From Lama guanicoe (taxonomy: Eukaryota), in NCBI GenBank assembly GCA_013239625.1, contig MU053487.1:3617058-3681057 (forward strand): a stretch of 64,000 bases of DNA, written 5' to 3'. Within the stretch, counting starts at the first letter, position 1. Each line of letters begins with the position of its first letter. A program made the translations under genes and the position numbers. Positions 1 to 12,520 of the stretch are shown in pieces. Under the pieces are notes generated by a model. That model was given only the letters and a program-made list of their open reading frames with translations. It was not told where the DNA came from and searched no databases.

Positions 1-1399
1 GCCCAGCCCAGATGGAGGGATGCTAATGTAGCCTGAGAACTGATTTGGCGCTTCAAGCCAGATTACCCTCCCTGCTTTGCTGTCCCTCTAAAACCTGCCT
101 CTTGAGCCAGGTCCTTCCTTCACACAGGTCTTCGAGGAATCAATACCCGACAGAAAGGCGTTTACCCTTCTCCTGATGCCAGGAAGAGCCTTTCTACTGT
201 TCAAAATCCATTCCCAGAAAGCACGGGGACTGCCTGAGCAAGGCCCGGGTGGGGCCAGGGAGACACGGGCTCTGGCTTAGTGCCGCCTGCACGCCTGGGT
301 GACCTTGAGCCTACGGGGTGATCAGCATCTGCCCTTGGCCTCTCAGGGCTGTAAGGAGGGGAGTGAAAGCTCTTGGAGAGGATGACAGCGGGATCTCCAA
401 GTGGGTGAGGGATCTTCTCGGGCCCACACAAACTCCATGAGAACAGCTTCGTCCTTCCACTCGACTAATACCCCTGTGGGGACGTGACTTTCCACTGCCT
501 CCCTGGGAGACTTAATCAGAAGGAGAAACTGAAGAGGAGAGAAGGAGAAAGAACTCCAGCCTCAGAGCATAAACATTCTTCCACCCACAGGCCCCAAAAC
601 ATGATCGGATCCCTTTCACCTCTCCAAATGCTGTACATTTTCCATGACTGGGCTCCAATCCCACCTCCTCCAGGCAGCCTCCCCTGATGGCTCCGGGCCA
701 CACTGACCTCCCACTGGGGAGGCTAAGCTCCCAACTCCAACCTCGCATTTACTCTGTCCTGGAAAGACCTCCCTCTGGCCTGTGGGGTGAACCCAGGGGG
801 CCCTGAGGGTCCTTTTCTGCCTATCTCAAGTAGTAAACAGAGCGAAGAATGCACAAGAGATTGACAAACTGTCCCATCAGGCTCTGGCTTCAACAATCAC
901 AACGAAATTTTCTGTTGGGCTTGGGGCACACCAGATACTCTTCCAGGAAATACAGTTGGAGGTGGGAAGGCGAGGGGCATCCAAGTTCCCAAGCCTATGG
1001 CTGTGGTGAAGCAGGCCTGGCAGGGAAGGTGATACAAGTTTCAGAATCCATGAGTCAGATGGCTCCAACGCTGTGCCAGCAGTGGTGGCTGCCCCCGAAA
1101 TGCCTGGTCCTGAACTCCCTCTCCCATTTGAGGGTCCCAGGCCCCAGGAATTGACGTGGGGTCTCTATAAATAGCACCCATTCCATATTGATCATCTTAA
1201 AAAGATACGGTATGTTCTAGGCCCACAGAGAGAGGAGAGAAGTGTCTAAATATAGTGTCATCCCCAGGAACCGCTGCCAGCCCGAGGGGAGTGGTATGGG
1301 CCGTGCAGAAGTAAAGGAGCAGTCTGAAGGGGCTGACGACTGAGAGGGTGGGGGGTGGAACGGAGGCGGGGAACCTGTCCTTCCCCACCCCAGTCTCTC

Positions 1400-1780
1400 T
1401 GCTCCAGCCACAGCAGCCAGCCCTGCTCAGGAGCTTGGCCCTGCCTCTGGGCCTTTGCACTGGCAGTCCCCTCTATACAAGACATTCTTGCCCCAGACCT
1501 CCTCAGACTGGTTCTTTCTCCTTATTCAGGTCTCAGTTCAGCCTTCTTCTTCAAGATGCCTTCCCTGACTGGCCAGTTGAGAGTCACTCCCGTCTCTCCA
1601 TCACATCATCCTGTTTTATTTCCTTCATAGCACTTGGTCACCATCTAAAATTATCTTTGCATCTACTTGTTTCATGGCATCCAGTCTGTCTTTCCCAACA
1701 GCACATAAGCTTCATGAGTGCAGTTACTGTATTTGAATTATATAGCTCCTAGAATCTTCCATGGCATAGATTAGGGGCTG
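1400..1780. mobile_element. LINE-2 3' fragment
   Basis: GGCCTTTGCACTGGC...TTCAGGTCTCAG...CCTTCCCTGAC...CTTCATAGCAC signature. Confidence 0.6.
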
Positions 1781-2934
1781 AATGTCCTATCTAGGTCTCC
1801 CCCGCCACCTGAGGCTGAACTCAGCCTCAGACCTTGGCCACAGGTCAGTCTGGGCTGGCAGAGGGCAGTGGGCATCCAGTCCCAGGCTCACTCTGCAGCC
1901 TGGCCGTCCCTGGGACCACTTCCTGTGGCTTCCAGTCTCCCTCCATGGGCTGACCCCTGGCTTCACCTTCTCTTCTCTCTGTCTCCTTGGTGAATCTAGC
2001 CACAGGACTTTCAACTCAGCCCCTCTTACTTCTGGATACCTGCTCCAGACGACCTCATTTTGTCCCCGAACACTGCTTTCTGGAATACTTCTCTCTCCTC
2101 AGAGCAAACCTCCCTCCCCTTCCTGACCCCTGCCTCCAGCAGGAATCACAGTTCCTGCCATCAAAATCACCTTCTCGGAGCTTCATAGGAAGAGTCATTT
2201 CCCTCCAGGCCTTCCTGATGGACCCGCTGGACAAACCAGAGCAACGGAGACCCCACGGGCACACCTTTAACTCACAGACCTCCGGCCCTCCCTGTGAGGG
2301 AAGGCATCTCCCCAGAAGCACGGGCACATGGACGCACATGCGGACACATGGACACACAGGCCAACAGTGTCCGCTCCAGGCTCTCCCTACAGCCCTCCCT
2401 TGACCTCCCCCCACCCACCGCCAGCTCCCCTCTATCTCTCTCCTCCCTCTTAAACCATCACTCTTTGAAAGAGCTGTCTACACATGCTGTCTCCACGTCC
2501 TCACCTCCTGCTCACTCCTCAACCCACTCCAAACTGGATTCCATTCTCACCAATTCATTCATTCATTCACTCATTCATCAACAATCTGGCTGTACCCGGC
2601 ACCACATTCTGTGGGTGCCCAGGGGGAAATTTCTGTTGTCAGGGTCACCGGCACCCTCACTGTTGCTCAATCTCATGGACACTAGTTTTTAAATTATGCA
2701 TTCTTTTTTATCTACCCATGAACTCCTCAGAATGTATCTTTTTAACTCTCTCTGCAGACACAGGAGACTCCTGGGATGTGCACCCTCCTCATTGTCTGTG
2801 ACACTTCCCACTCCTGGCTGTCCTCCCACCTCTCTGACTGCTCTTTCCCAGCCTCCTTTTTCACAGATGTCTCCGGCCTCGATTGTAGGAGAGCCTCAGG
2901 GCTCCGGACTCAACCCTCTTCTCCCCATTAGATG

Positions 2935-3080
2935 TCCTGGGTGCTTTCGAAACTACTGATGCCCAAGCCTCACCCCAGAGTCAAATGAATTAGAATTTCT
3001 GGGGGTGGAGCCTGGGCACAGGTTTGTTTTGTTTAAAAAGCTCTCCAAGTTATGCTAATATTGCCGGAGTTGAGAACCAC
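2935..3080. mobile_element. MER5-like hAT-Charlie element
   Basis: CCTCACCCCAGAG...GGGGTGGAGCCTGGG...AAGCTCTCCAAGT...GTTGAGAACCAC. Confidence 0.65.
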
Positions 3081-3579
3081 CCTCAACTGGACAATCGAAT
3101 TCATTGCCATGACTCCAATGACCAGCCTCTGTGAAAGATTCCAGGTTTCGCCCTCCAACCCAGATCTCTTTCCTGGACCCTGGACCCTTCCTTCCCACTG
3201 ACTGCAGATGTCAGCATCTTCCTGGTAGCATTTAGGTTCAGATCAGGACCCTGAAACATCCATCACCTCTCCTCTGTTCTGCATCAAGCTTGCCAACCCA
3301 CCTGCCCATCCCCCCCCTTACAGTGTGATAAGGCGGCAGTGAACCTCACTTAGTGAGTGACTGAAGTTGGGGATGGGAGAATGGCATATCCCTTAGCAGG
3401 AAGGAAGTTGGAATGACACAGGTCCTATCACCTGTGGTCACCTGCCTGTCTTGTCTCTCTCCTTTAACTGAAAAACTTTTGACGGCACCCATGTTCTGCA
3501 CGGGAGAGGCAGTAGAGAGGAAAGCACATAAATAAACTCCTGGGCTCAAACTCAAGTCCTGCTGCTGAGGAGATGCTGA

Positions 3580-3770
3580 CAATGAGAAAGTTACTTAACC
3601 TTTCTGGGCTTTCAGTTTCACCATCTGCAAACTGGTCGTCATTATGGTCTCTCCTTCCAGGGTTGATGAAAGGAGTCAGTGAGATGAGTCTTGTAAAGAA
3701 AGTGTTTAGTGCCGTGCCTGGCTGGCAGAAAGCACTCAGTGAATGTTAGCTATTTTTAGTACCATTACTG
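3580..3770. mobile_element. MIR SINE
   Basis: MIR core AAGTTACTTAACCTTTCTGGGCTTTCAGTTTCACCATCTGCAA. Confidence 0.65.
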
Positions 3771-5579
3771 TGGATAAATTCCCAATTCCTGAGTGGAGCT
3801 CACAAGGGCCCCCGTGACTGTGACCTTGACTTTAGCTTCTGCTCTTCCTCACACCAGGGGACTCAACAGGTCACTGAACAATTGTTTCACATCTCTGAGC
3901 TTTTGTACATGCTGGTCCTGATGGCTGGATTGTACCTGTTCCACCTAGAAAACTCCTATTCATCCTTCAAAACCCAGATGGAAAGTTATTTTTGTTAGAT
4001 GGATACCCTCGACTCTCCTAGCCAGAGGCAATCACTCCTTTTTTGAGTGGATTGTGGGGACACACTTCTATTATTGCACACTTTTCCAGTAACCTTCCAA
4101 GGCTCAGCAGGAACTAGCCTCCTATGAACAGAACAGAAATTGCCATTTAACACTGTCCCGGGCTGCCCCCAGTATCCCTTCTCCTTGGATTCCCTGAGCA
4201 TCAGCCTCCTGTGCTCCCCAACTCCCAGCTGTCTCTGGTACTTCCCACCACTCCTCCAAGCTCCATCTTCATGCTGAGTGAGTCAATCCTGGAAATTTTC
4301 CAGAAGAGTTTCGATCACCACACTGAGTCGGGGCCAAGCACCTCCAAGGCCCGGCAGATGCTCATGCCACATTGGGCTCATGCTGGTTCTTGGCCCCTCA
4401 GGGTCAGTTCCCTTTCTGCTCAGATTCTCTTTGGTCAGTCCTAGGTCAATTTGGCTTTCAGAATGCACATCTCAAGGCATCTTCACCCTGAGTGGGGCCC
4501 CCAATCCACTGACTCTCTAGGTGACCTTGGCTAAGTCCTTGACCTGCTGTCAGCCTCAGCCTCCCCCTGTACGATGTGGTGATGATGACAGGGTTAGGTT
4601 AAAAGTTCACTGAGGCTCATTTCAGCAAGGGGCTGGACATTCTAGTATAATATCTGAATTGTGTACTCTGCCTGTCCCCTGACCCTCCCCTCCCTTAGTT
4701 CCAGTGACTGCGGCCTGGCTTGAACTATCAGCCTGTGCCACCCTCATTCCACCTTCCAGTTCCACTGCCACCCACTCACATGCACCTGCCCAATTCTAAC
4801 CAGGAGGAGTTGAGGGCAGCAGCAAGGGCCTGGGCTCCCGATGGCCTGGGCGTCTGCTGCTCAGAGTCCCTCTGGATCCTGAGGAGATGGTAGGAATCAA
4901 GGAGAGGGAGGACATGCTATGGCAGGTGGGGTCATACGGAATGCCTGTCTCCACCATGGGGTCTAAGCTGCCTGTGCAGGTGCCTGGGGTCTCAGCAGGA
5001 TGTGAGGAGACAGGTAGGTGAACAGAATGCCAACCCAGAACCCCCCTCCTCCTCGCTGGTCTCAAAGCACTAAGGAGCAAAGAGAGACTCCTGCCACAAC
5101 CTCAGCCATGGCTTCCTGATCCGCCTGTGCGCTGGCCTCCAACAGGTGTCCGCAAGGCGGGCCTATGGCCAGGGCCTTGTCCCCAGCATCCCCCTTTCCC
5201 CTAACTCTCCACACCTCCAGCCCCCACAAGGCCAGGCACCTCCATTTCCTGCCAGGGCAACACCAAAGCTGATCAAATAACAAGGAGAACAAAAACCCGC
5301 TTCATGTCAGGGTGCATGGATATGCCCGGGTCAGGGGGAGGAAGGCAAAGAACTCTCCTCTATACCAGCCGACAGACATCGCCCCAGTTGAGAGCACAAG
5401 ATCCCTTCTCCTTCAGGACTCACAGAGATCAGATTCCTCTCAGTTAGGGGGTCAGAGGGCAAAGAGATCTCTTCATGATCGGGGCGCGCAGAGAGGACAC
5501 ACAATATAGATCTCTCCCCCTTCAGGGCGCATAGAGATCTGTCCCCCTTCGGGCCAGGCAGAGACCTCATCCCAGAGAT

Positions 5580-6620
5580 GACACCCCCAGCGGACGGCTC
5601 CGCTGGGCCCAGAGAAAGGGGCGCATGGCCCCTTCCTCCACTTCTAGCCCGGCTCGGTCAGCTCCCCGCTCTCCGGAATCACACTCACTGCGCGCCTAGT
5701 CGTTGCTCTGACCTTGGGGTCTCCGGCTTCGGGAATCCGAGTCCCAATTCCAGACCCTCCCGGATCCTGCGCCAGGGTCGGCAGGGAAGCCGGGGCCGCA
5801 GCTCCCCCTCCCCCGGCCCTCGACAGCGCGCTGGGAAACGCGGAAGGAAAGGGAAGGGGAGGGGGCGCGCGCGGATAAGAGACGCCTCCCTCCCGGGGAT
5901 CCCCTCCAGGCAGGCTGCTCTGCGCCCCTTCTTCTCCCCCTCCCACCCTCAGAGGCAGAGATGGGGGAGGGAGCTGGTGGTGGACCCGGGGCAAGGGAGG
6001 GGGCGCGCAGGGGTTGGAGGCTCCGACCCTCGAGGAGGAAAGTTGGGCGGCGGCAGGCGGAGGGGGTTTTGGCAGGGCCGGGGCCGCCGGGCTTGGGGGA
6101 GCTCGCTCACCTGCTGGTCCCCCGGCTCGGGCCCCGGGATGGGCGGCTGCGGCTCGGCGCGGACTCGGCTCGGCGCGGGGCTCGGGGCGCCCGGCGCAGG
6201 CTCAGCGGCCCCGGGGGCCCCATCCCCGCATCCCACGGGCGCCGCCGCCGTCTCGGCTCCGCCGCTCGGCTCGGGCTCCCGGGCTCGGCGGGCGGCGCGG
6301 GCTCGGGCTGGGGGCGGGGTCGGGGGCGGGCCCCGCCTGGGCTCGGCCTGGGGCTTGGGGCCCCGGGCTGGCTCCGCCCCAGAGCGACGCGCCCCGGGCT
6401 CCGCACGTGGCGCCCCGCCCGCTGAGAGTGAGCCCTCGGGCACCCGCCGGGGCACACGCCCCCGCGCTGACCCCGGGGCGCCTCGCCACAGAGAGCTGCC
6501 CACGCGGACGCGGACAGAAGCGCGTAGACACGGCACACACGGGGGTACACCCGGCAACCCGGCGACGCTCTCCACAGTTAGCCACCTACGCGGACTGGGA
6601 CAGGCACACACCCCGGCACA
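5580..6620. promoter_or_regulatory. SCN5A: CpG island / TATA-less SCN5A promoter with GC boxes (about 6310-6330), E-box CACGTG (6404-6409) and intronic GATAAG (5874-5879)
   Basis: Very high GC and CpG density spanning exon 1; motifs read directly. Confidence 0.85.
6111..6253 (-). other. SCN5A: SCN5A non-coding exon 1 (5' UTR); 5' end approximate
   Basis: Minus strand AGACGGCGGCGGCGCCCGT...GGGGGACCAGCAG|gtgagc closely resembles human SCN5A exon 1 as I recall it; strong donor; lies in a CpG island downstream of SCN10A, as expected from synteny. Confidence 0.85.
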
Positions 6621-7330
6621 CGCGGAGTACACACACACACACACAGGCACACATCCTCACCGACTTGGGGACCTTAGTCCAGCCACCCACCCCCGTGGAC
6701 ACGGACATTCACTGACACACGCAGACACCCACACGGACACAGTCACATCACTGACACACACAGACACTGAGGCAGACATACTCCGACAAACTCAGGGACA
6801 CCTGCATGACTCAGAGACACACATCCACTGACACACTGACACAGAGACACACACACACACAGAACCACAGTCTCCTAGAGACACACAGGGACAGCACACA
6901 AGTCTGCACAATGCTAGACACCTATACTGACAGGCACACACTGACACACAACCACTGACAGAAACACACACCCAGACCCGAAATAGGGACACAACGAACA
7001 AACACCAAACACTCAAACCAAAACACACACACTCACTTCACTCTGTTGAGCTACAGACAACCTACACCTTGCCACACACGGAGACACTCACATGCTGATA
7101 CTGAGATAGACTGTCATCACACACGGACCCAGAGACCCATACACTGACATAGTTGCTCACACACACAGTCTAACCCACAGGGAAACGTACCCAGGACCAC
7201 ACACCCTTTTTAAAAGAAACAGGCTACCAGCTTTTGCCCACCAGTAACATGATTGAAAGGGATGGGCTACTGCCCAGAGCCGTCACAGGAGCACACACAT
7301 GTGTACACACACACACACACACACACAACA
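6600..7330. repeat. Degenerate (CA)/(CAGA)-rich low-complexity tract upstream of the SCN5A promoter
   Basis: Recurrent ACACAC/CACTGACACAC units. Confidence 0.8.
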
Positions 7331-8599
7331 CAGCCTTTGTCTTCCTTAACAGCAGCATTCTAATCTCTCCTGACACATTTTCAAGACTCCTAGAGATAAG
7401 AATCGCTCTCAGAAGGCAAAATGGGTGCTGTGTTTGGGAGCTCTGGGGCTGAGACCTGTCCCCCCCCCATTATTGGGATCTTGGAGAGGTCAAGGGGTGG
7501 GGAAAGGGGGGCATCCTCTATTTTGGACCTAGGTTTGGAGCTTCAGGGGTCCCTGGATCTCATATATACTGAGGAGCTACCCGTGCCTGCAGGAAGGGCC
7601 AGGACAACCAGCCCAGAGTAGGGGAATCAGTAAGAAAGCCAGTCTCCAGGAAAGTTCAGGACACTGGACGCTTTCTGACCCGGAGTCTGGGAGGGTGGCT
7701 TGGCGCCAGACAGACGAACCACATTCCCGCCGCCTGCCTCTAGCCCTCTGACGGGCCTCAGGTTGGGCAGCATCGCCCACTAGCGGCCAGAGAGGGAAGT
7801 GCAAACAATGTCAAATTTCCAGCCTCGCGTTGGACCACCCGAACCCACGCATCCTAGGTGGGAGGAGAGGGAATCAGAATCCGGGTCTTCCCTGAGGTCT
7901 TCCACCAGGCTTTGCAGACGGACATTGAGCCAAGCAGGAGACTGAGCTAGAATGGAGGCTGCTGTGGGTGAGCTTAGAGAGCCTCCCTCCCTCACTTCAT
8001 CTACATCTGGCAGAGGTGGGGTGTTCAAATTACTCCTTAGTGCTGGGCACCTGGATGTCACCAGCAGGAGAAGCACACACCCTAGATTTAAATGAGGGGA
8101 GAGAAGCTCTGAGAAAGAGGATCCAGAGCTCTGACTTGGTTCTGATTCAGAGATTCAGGCAATATATCTGGTGGTAGCCCTGGAGGGCAGAAAAGGTCAA
8201 AGGGCCAGAGACGGGGCACCTCCTACAAGGAGCCCTTGTCAAGATCTGGTCAACTCCCTTCTGTTTGCCAGATCTTGTTTGCTTAAAGCGGGAACATGCA
8301 GTTGGCAGTCAGAGAACAATCCAAAGTTTTAAAAGCTAGTGTTTCCTTTTTTCCACCCTCCCCGTCCATCTCAGGTTCAAAGTTGGGTTAAGCACTTCAT
8401 CATGCATCCACACAGGAAGCCTCTCTTTCTTTTATTTCTTCCCCCTGCTACACCACCTCACTGTCATCTCCCTCCCCACATAGGTGCCCCCACTTACAGC
8501 TAAAGCAGTTCTTTAAATATGTACACATCTTTGTAAAATATACCATATTATTTGTGCCTTTAGTTTTTTCTCACGTGTTTTTACTGCCCCAGGCTTTTC

Positions 8600-9620
8600 T
8601 TTTTGTTTTACTTCTATTAAACTATAACCTACATATGGGAAAGTGTACAAGCCCCAAGGGTTCAGCTCAAGGGTTGTCACTGGTTGATCACATCCCTATA
8701 ACCAGTACACAGGTCAAGAAACAAAACAGCATCAGCACCCCAGACGTCCCCTCCCTGCCCTCTTCCTGTCACCAACACTTCTCCCGTAGGGTTAACTGCT
8801 ATACTCACCTCGAATTCCCTTGGTTAATTTTGCCTAGTCGTCCTACTTATTTAAGTAGCGTCGTATAGTACGAACTCTTGTGTCTGGTTCTTTTGATCAG
8901 CTTTGGATTTGTGAGAGTCATCCCGTTGCTGCTTGTAGTCATTTATATAGTTCATTTGTTCTCATGGCATAGAACTCCGCCATGTGAATATCCCACAACT
9001 TATTTATCCATGCCACAGTTGATGGGTGTTCTAGCTAGGAATTACTATGAATAGTGCAGCTATGAAGGTTCCAGGACGTGAATTTTGGTGACTGTATGTG
9101 TGCGTTTGTGCCAGGTGCACACCTGGGAGTGGCATTGCTGGGCCATGGGAGGGGGTGTGCTCATGCTTGGCAGACACTGCCAAACAGTTTTCCAAACTGG
9201 TTTTACCAACACACACTCCGTCAGCCGCGAATGTATGAGAATTCTGCTTCATCTGCATCCTCTAGCACTTGGTATTTTTATCTTTTTCATTTTAGCCACT
9301 TGAGTGGGTGTGAAGAGGTTTCATATTGTGGTTTTAATTGGCATTTCCCTGATGACTAATGAAATGGAGTGCTTGTTCATGGTTTATTGGCCATTTGTGT
9401 GTATGTGCTTCCCATTTATATAAAGGGGCATTGTTCTAACTTTCATTCTTTTTCTTGTATTTCTCCCTCAACACTTTGCTTTTGAGCTCTGTCCATGTTT
9501 TAGTGTGGGCAGCTAGTTCTTTGCTTCTGATAGCTGCAGAGCGTTCTGTGTTGTGCATCCACTGAACTTAATTTATCCGTTCTCCTCAAGATGGATGTTT
9601 GGAGCTGACGGAGCCACCAC
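8600..9620 (-). mobile_element. Old LINE-1 3' fragments (L1M-type)
   Basis: Antisense L1 signature TTGTGGTTTTAATTGGCATTTCCCTGATGACTAATG. Confidence 0.75.
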
Positions 9621-10689
9621 ACAGTGCTGGAGGTAAGGGCAGGAGATGTGCAGCTGTTGGCCCTGATGAGAGTGAACCACAGAGCCCACACTTTCATGCC
9701 TTCTTTTGTCTTTGTGTAAACAGATGAGATGGATTCTCTGTAATTTGCAGCCAGATTGTGCTGGGTGGGGAGGGATCTGGAAGCCCAGGTGCTCTTAATA
9801 CAAACCATTTACCAGCCCTCTTGTGTTTAGCCACCCCCATTTCCAAAGGTACCCATTGTCTGGGTCCCAGAAACACCCCAGGGGTTCGAGGAGGGGGGCA
9901 TCCTCTGCAGGCTCCTTGAATTCAGTCTTCCCTGCTCTGCTAAGTCAGTTACCACTCAAACGTCCAAGAAGTTGCCGCATCTGCTGTTGCTTCCTCTTCC
10001 AGACTTTTTGCCCTTGTAGGCTTTCTGCCTTTTGAAGTAATTTCACTGTCATTTTGGTGGAATTTTAAGAGATGTCTTCAATCTACTATATTTTCAAAAA
10101 AGTCCTCCGTTCCAATTTCTACCCTAGTACATTTAAGTAGTTCATATGTTACCCTCAAGGACTGTTGGCGTTCTCCTCAGAAGAGACTTTGCTTTATTTT
10201 GAATGCTTGAGTAGTAGAGTGCCTCTATCTTAGCAGGAGCAGAGAAAAAGAGAAATGTATTCATGGTCAAGGGCAAGGACATGACCTGCTTCTAAAGGGT
10301 TGGCGACCTGATTGCCTTTGATACCTAGATGACGGACAAGAGAACACTCTTGTCGAGGGACCATCGCCAGATGGGATCTGCTGTCTCCTACATGTACCTT
10401 CAGCCCCAGTCAGACACCCAGCGCCTTACCTCTGCAAGCTCCTCATTAGCCCAAATGATGCTGGTCTGCAAATGAAGAGCCACCTTTCCTCCAGACACTC
10501 CACTGCCATCTGCTGGAGAGTTGAGAGAAAATAGACGTAAGTCTCTGATGTCTAGGAATATGCATGGTGCCCCAACACTGTGTGATGCACTGCTGTATGT
10601 GGCAGTCTGCCCCTGCCTCCACCTAGCCTATCCCCTCCTTGTAAAATGCTATCCCTCACCCACCAGCTCTGGCCAGTGCAGTGAATTAG

Positions 10690-10870
10690 AGAGCAGAGTT
10701 TGAAGAGTTGGAAGCTCAGAGCAGATTAACCACTGTTGTCCGGTGACCTTGGATTACACATATAACCTTTCTGGACCTTACTTTACTCATTTACAAAATG
10801 AAATAATTATATACCCGCCCGACTGAATTGTTGAGAGGATCAAATAAAATAACATGTGAGGAATAGAGTA
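10690..10870. mobile_element. MIR SINE
   Basis: GTGACCTTGG...AACCTTTCTGGACCT...AAAATG...GTTGAGAGGATCAAATAA. Confidence 0.6.
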
Positions 10871-12149
10871 AATGTTTTACTGACGGAACTTGACATTGGT
10901 CCTCACTGAAGCCTATTCACCCTTTGCCTTTGGTGGGGTTGCCCGGAAACACTCGGAGATGGGGATGCACATGTGGGACGTTTACAGGGAACAACGTCTG
11001 TGATGGAGGCAGGGTTGGGCAGAGGGAAAGATTTATTTCCAGTGCGGCTGCAGCAAAGGCCTCAGCCAATGGCCCCAGGGAGGTCTGGAGCTGGATAGCC
11101 CCACAGAGTTGTCCCCAGTGGAGGCCAGAGGAGAAGGAGCAGGATTTCTACCTGCACCTCAGTTGGTCAATGGCGGTGGGCTGGTGAGGCAGCTCCCTGG
11201 AGGCAAGGGCAGTGCTGGGAAGGGCAGTTGGATGAACAACAGTACCACAACCCTAAGAGACGCTTGGGGCAGCTCACCACAGCACTCCTTCCCCTTGGTC
11301 GTATATACAGTGCGGGAAGTGTGTTAGTCTCGGTGGATGTGATACGCCTGGTATCAGAAAAGGGCCAAAGATTGGTTCTGTACACAGAAGATCCTTCCTG
11401 GGTTTGGATTTTGTGAAGTAAGGAGCACCAGACTATTGTGGCCAGGGTAGGGGGTCTCCTGGGCTTCATCCCTTCCATTCAGCCCCCCTTTCTCCCAGCT
11501 TTACCTGCGTGAAGCGCATTCCATAGAAGCCTGCCACGTCCACATAGGACAGCCTGCTTCCCAGTCTTACAGTCCACGGAGGACGCGTGGTCACCTCGAG
11601 GCCTGCCACCTTCATCACGGCAACGTGGTTACCCTGTGTATCAGCGCAGTGGTGGATTTGAGGAAGAAGTTCAATTTGAGAGACTCAGAGGCTCTGAACC
11701 AGAGTCCGGGTGCCTGAGTACAGCCCACAGATGTAGTTTTTTGGGGGCAGGGGGAGGTTGGAGGGCTGCTTACGGGGTGCCTAGTAGTTTGTCATGCTAT
11801 GGATGTCTTAGGTAGGACACCTGCAGGTGTTTTGAATTCTCTCCTGTATGTGGGCCCAGCAGCCCCATGCAGACTCCCCAGCACCCCCCTGTGGCCACAA
11901 GGACTAGGATCTGTAGGTAGGTGCTGATGGCAGGGCTGGGGATTCTGGGTTCTGGGTAGGCTGTGTGTTGTGGGAGGCAAGGAGGTCAGGGGCAGGAATG
12001 GGATTGAGGCTGGTTTGGAGGATGACATTGGTTACCGAGGTGCTGGGGAGCCATGCTCAGAGCTGGAGACCCCCAACAGATGGGCCCTGGGCTTAGGCAT
12101 GGAGTTCCCACCCCAGTTTTATTTTTATACCTTTATGAAGCATTTTTAT

Positions 12150-12520
12150 TGATGTACGTGACACGGACGAATCTCCAGTGTGTTATGCTGAGTGAAGGAA
12201 GCCAGCCTCAAGAGGTTACATATACTGGATAATTCCATTTCTGTGACATTCAGGAGAAGGCAACTTTAAAGGAATGGGAAACAGATCAGTGGTTGCCGGG
12301 GTGGGGGGAAGGTTGGGGTGGAGGGAGGTATGGGGTTCACTGCAGGGGGGCAGCATGAGGGAGGGAACGTTTTAGGGTGATGGAACTTCTCTGGGTCTTA
12401 GCAGTGGTGGTGGTTATATGACTCTGCACTTGACAAAACTCACAGAACTGTACACCAAAAAAGATGAATTCGCCTGAATGTAAATTGAAATATAAATAAA
12501 AAATTTAAAAATAAAATGAA
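12150..12520 (+). mobile_element. Old LINE-1 3' end (L1MC-like)
   Basis: ATGCTGAGTGAAGGAAGCCAG...CAGATCAGTGGTTGCC...AAACTCACAGAACTGTACACC followed by an A-rich tail. Confidence 0.75.

Larger units (their letters stand above)
1..6110 (-). other. SCN5A: SCN5A intron 1 (partial; exon 2 lies outside the window)
   Basis: Follows the exon 1 donor; no Nav coding sequence seen in 1-6110. Confidence 0.75.

Noticed and set aside
5395..5580. Recurrent AGATCT(C/G)TCCCCCTTC units
   Set aside because: Only two good copies with irregular spacing; degenerate local duplication, not an array or CRISPR-like structure
5578..6831. Long ORFs (417, 233 and 233 aa) on both strands
   Set aside because: Gly/Arg/Pro/Ala-rich products of a stop-poor CpG island and CA repeat; no recognisable protein
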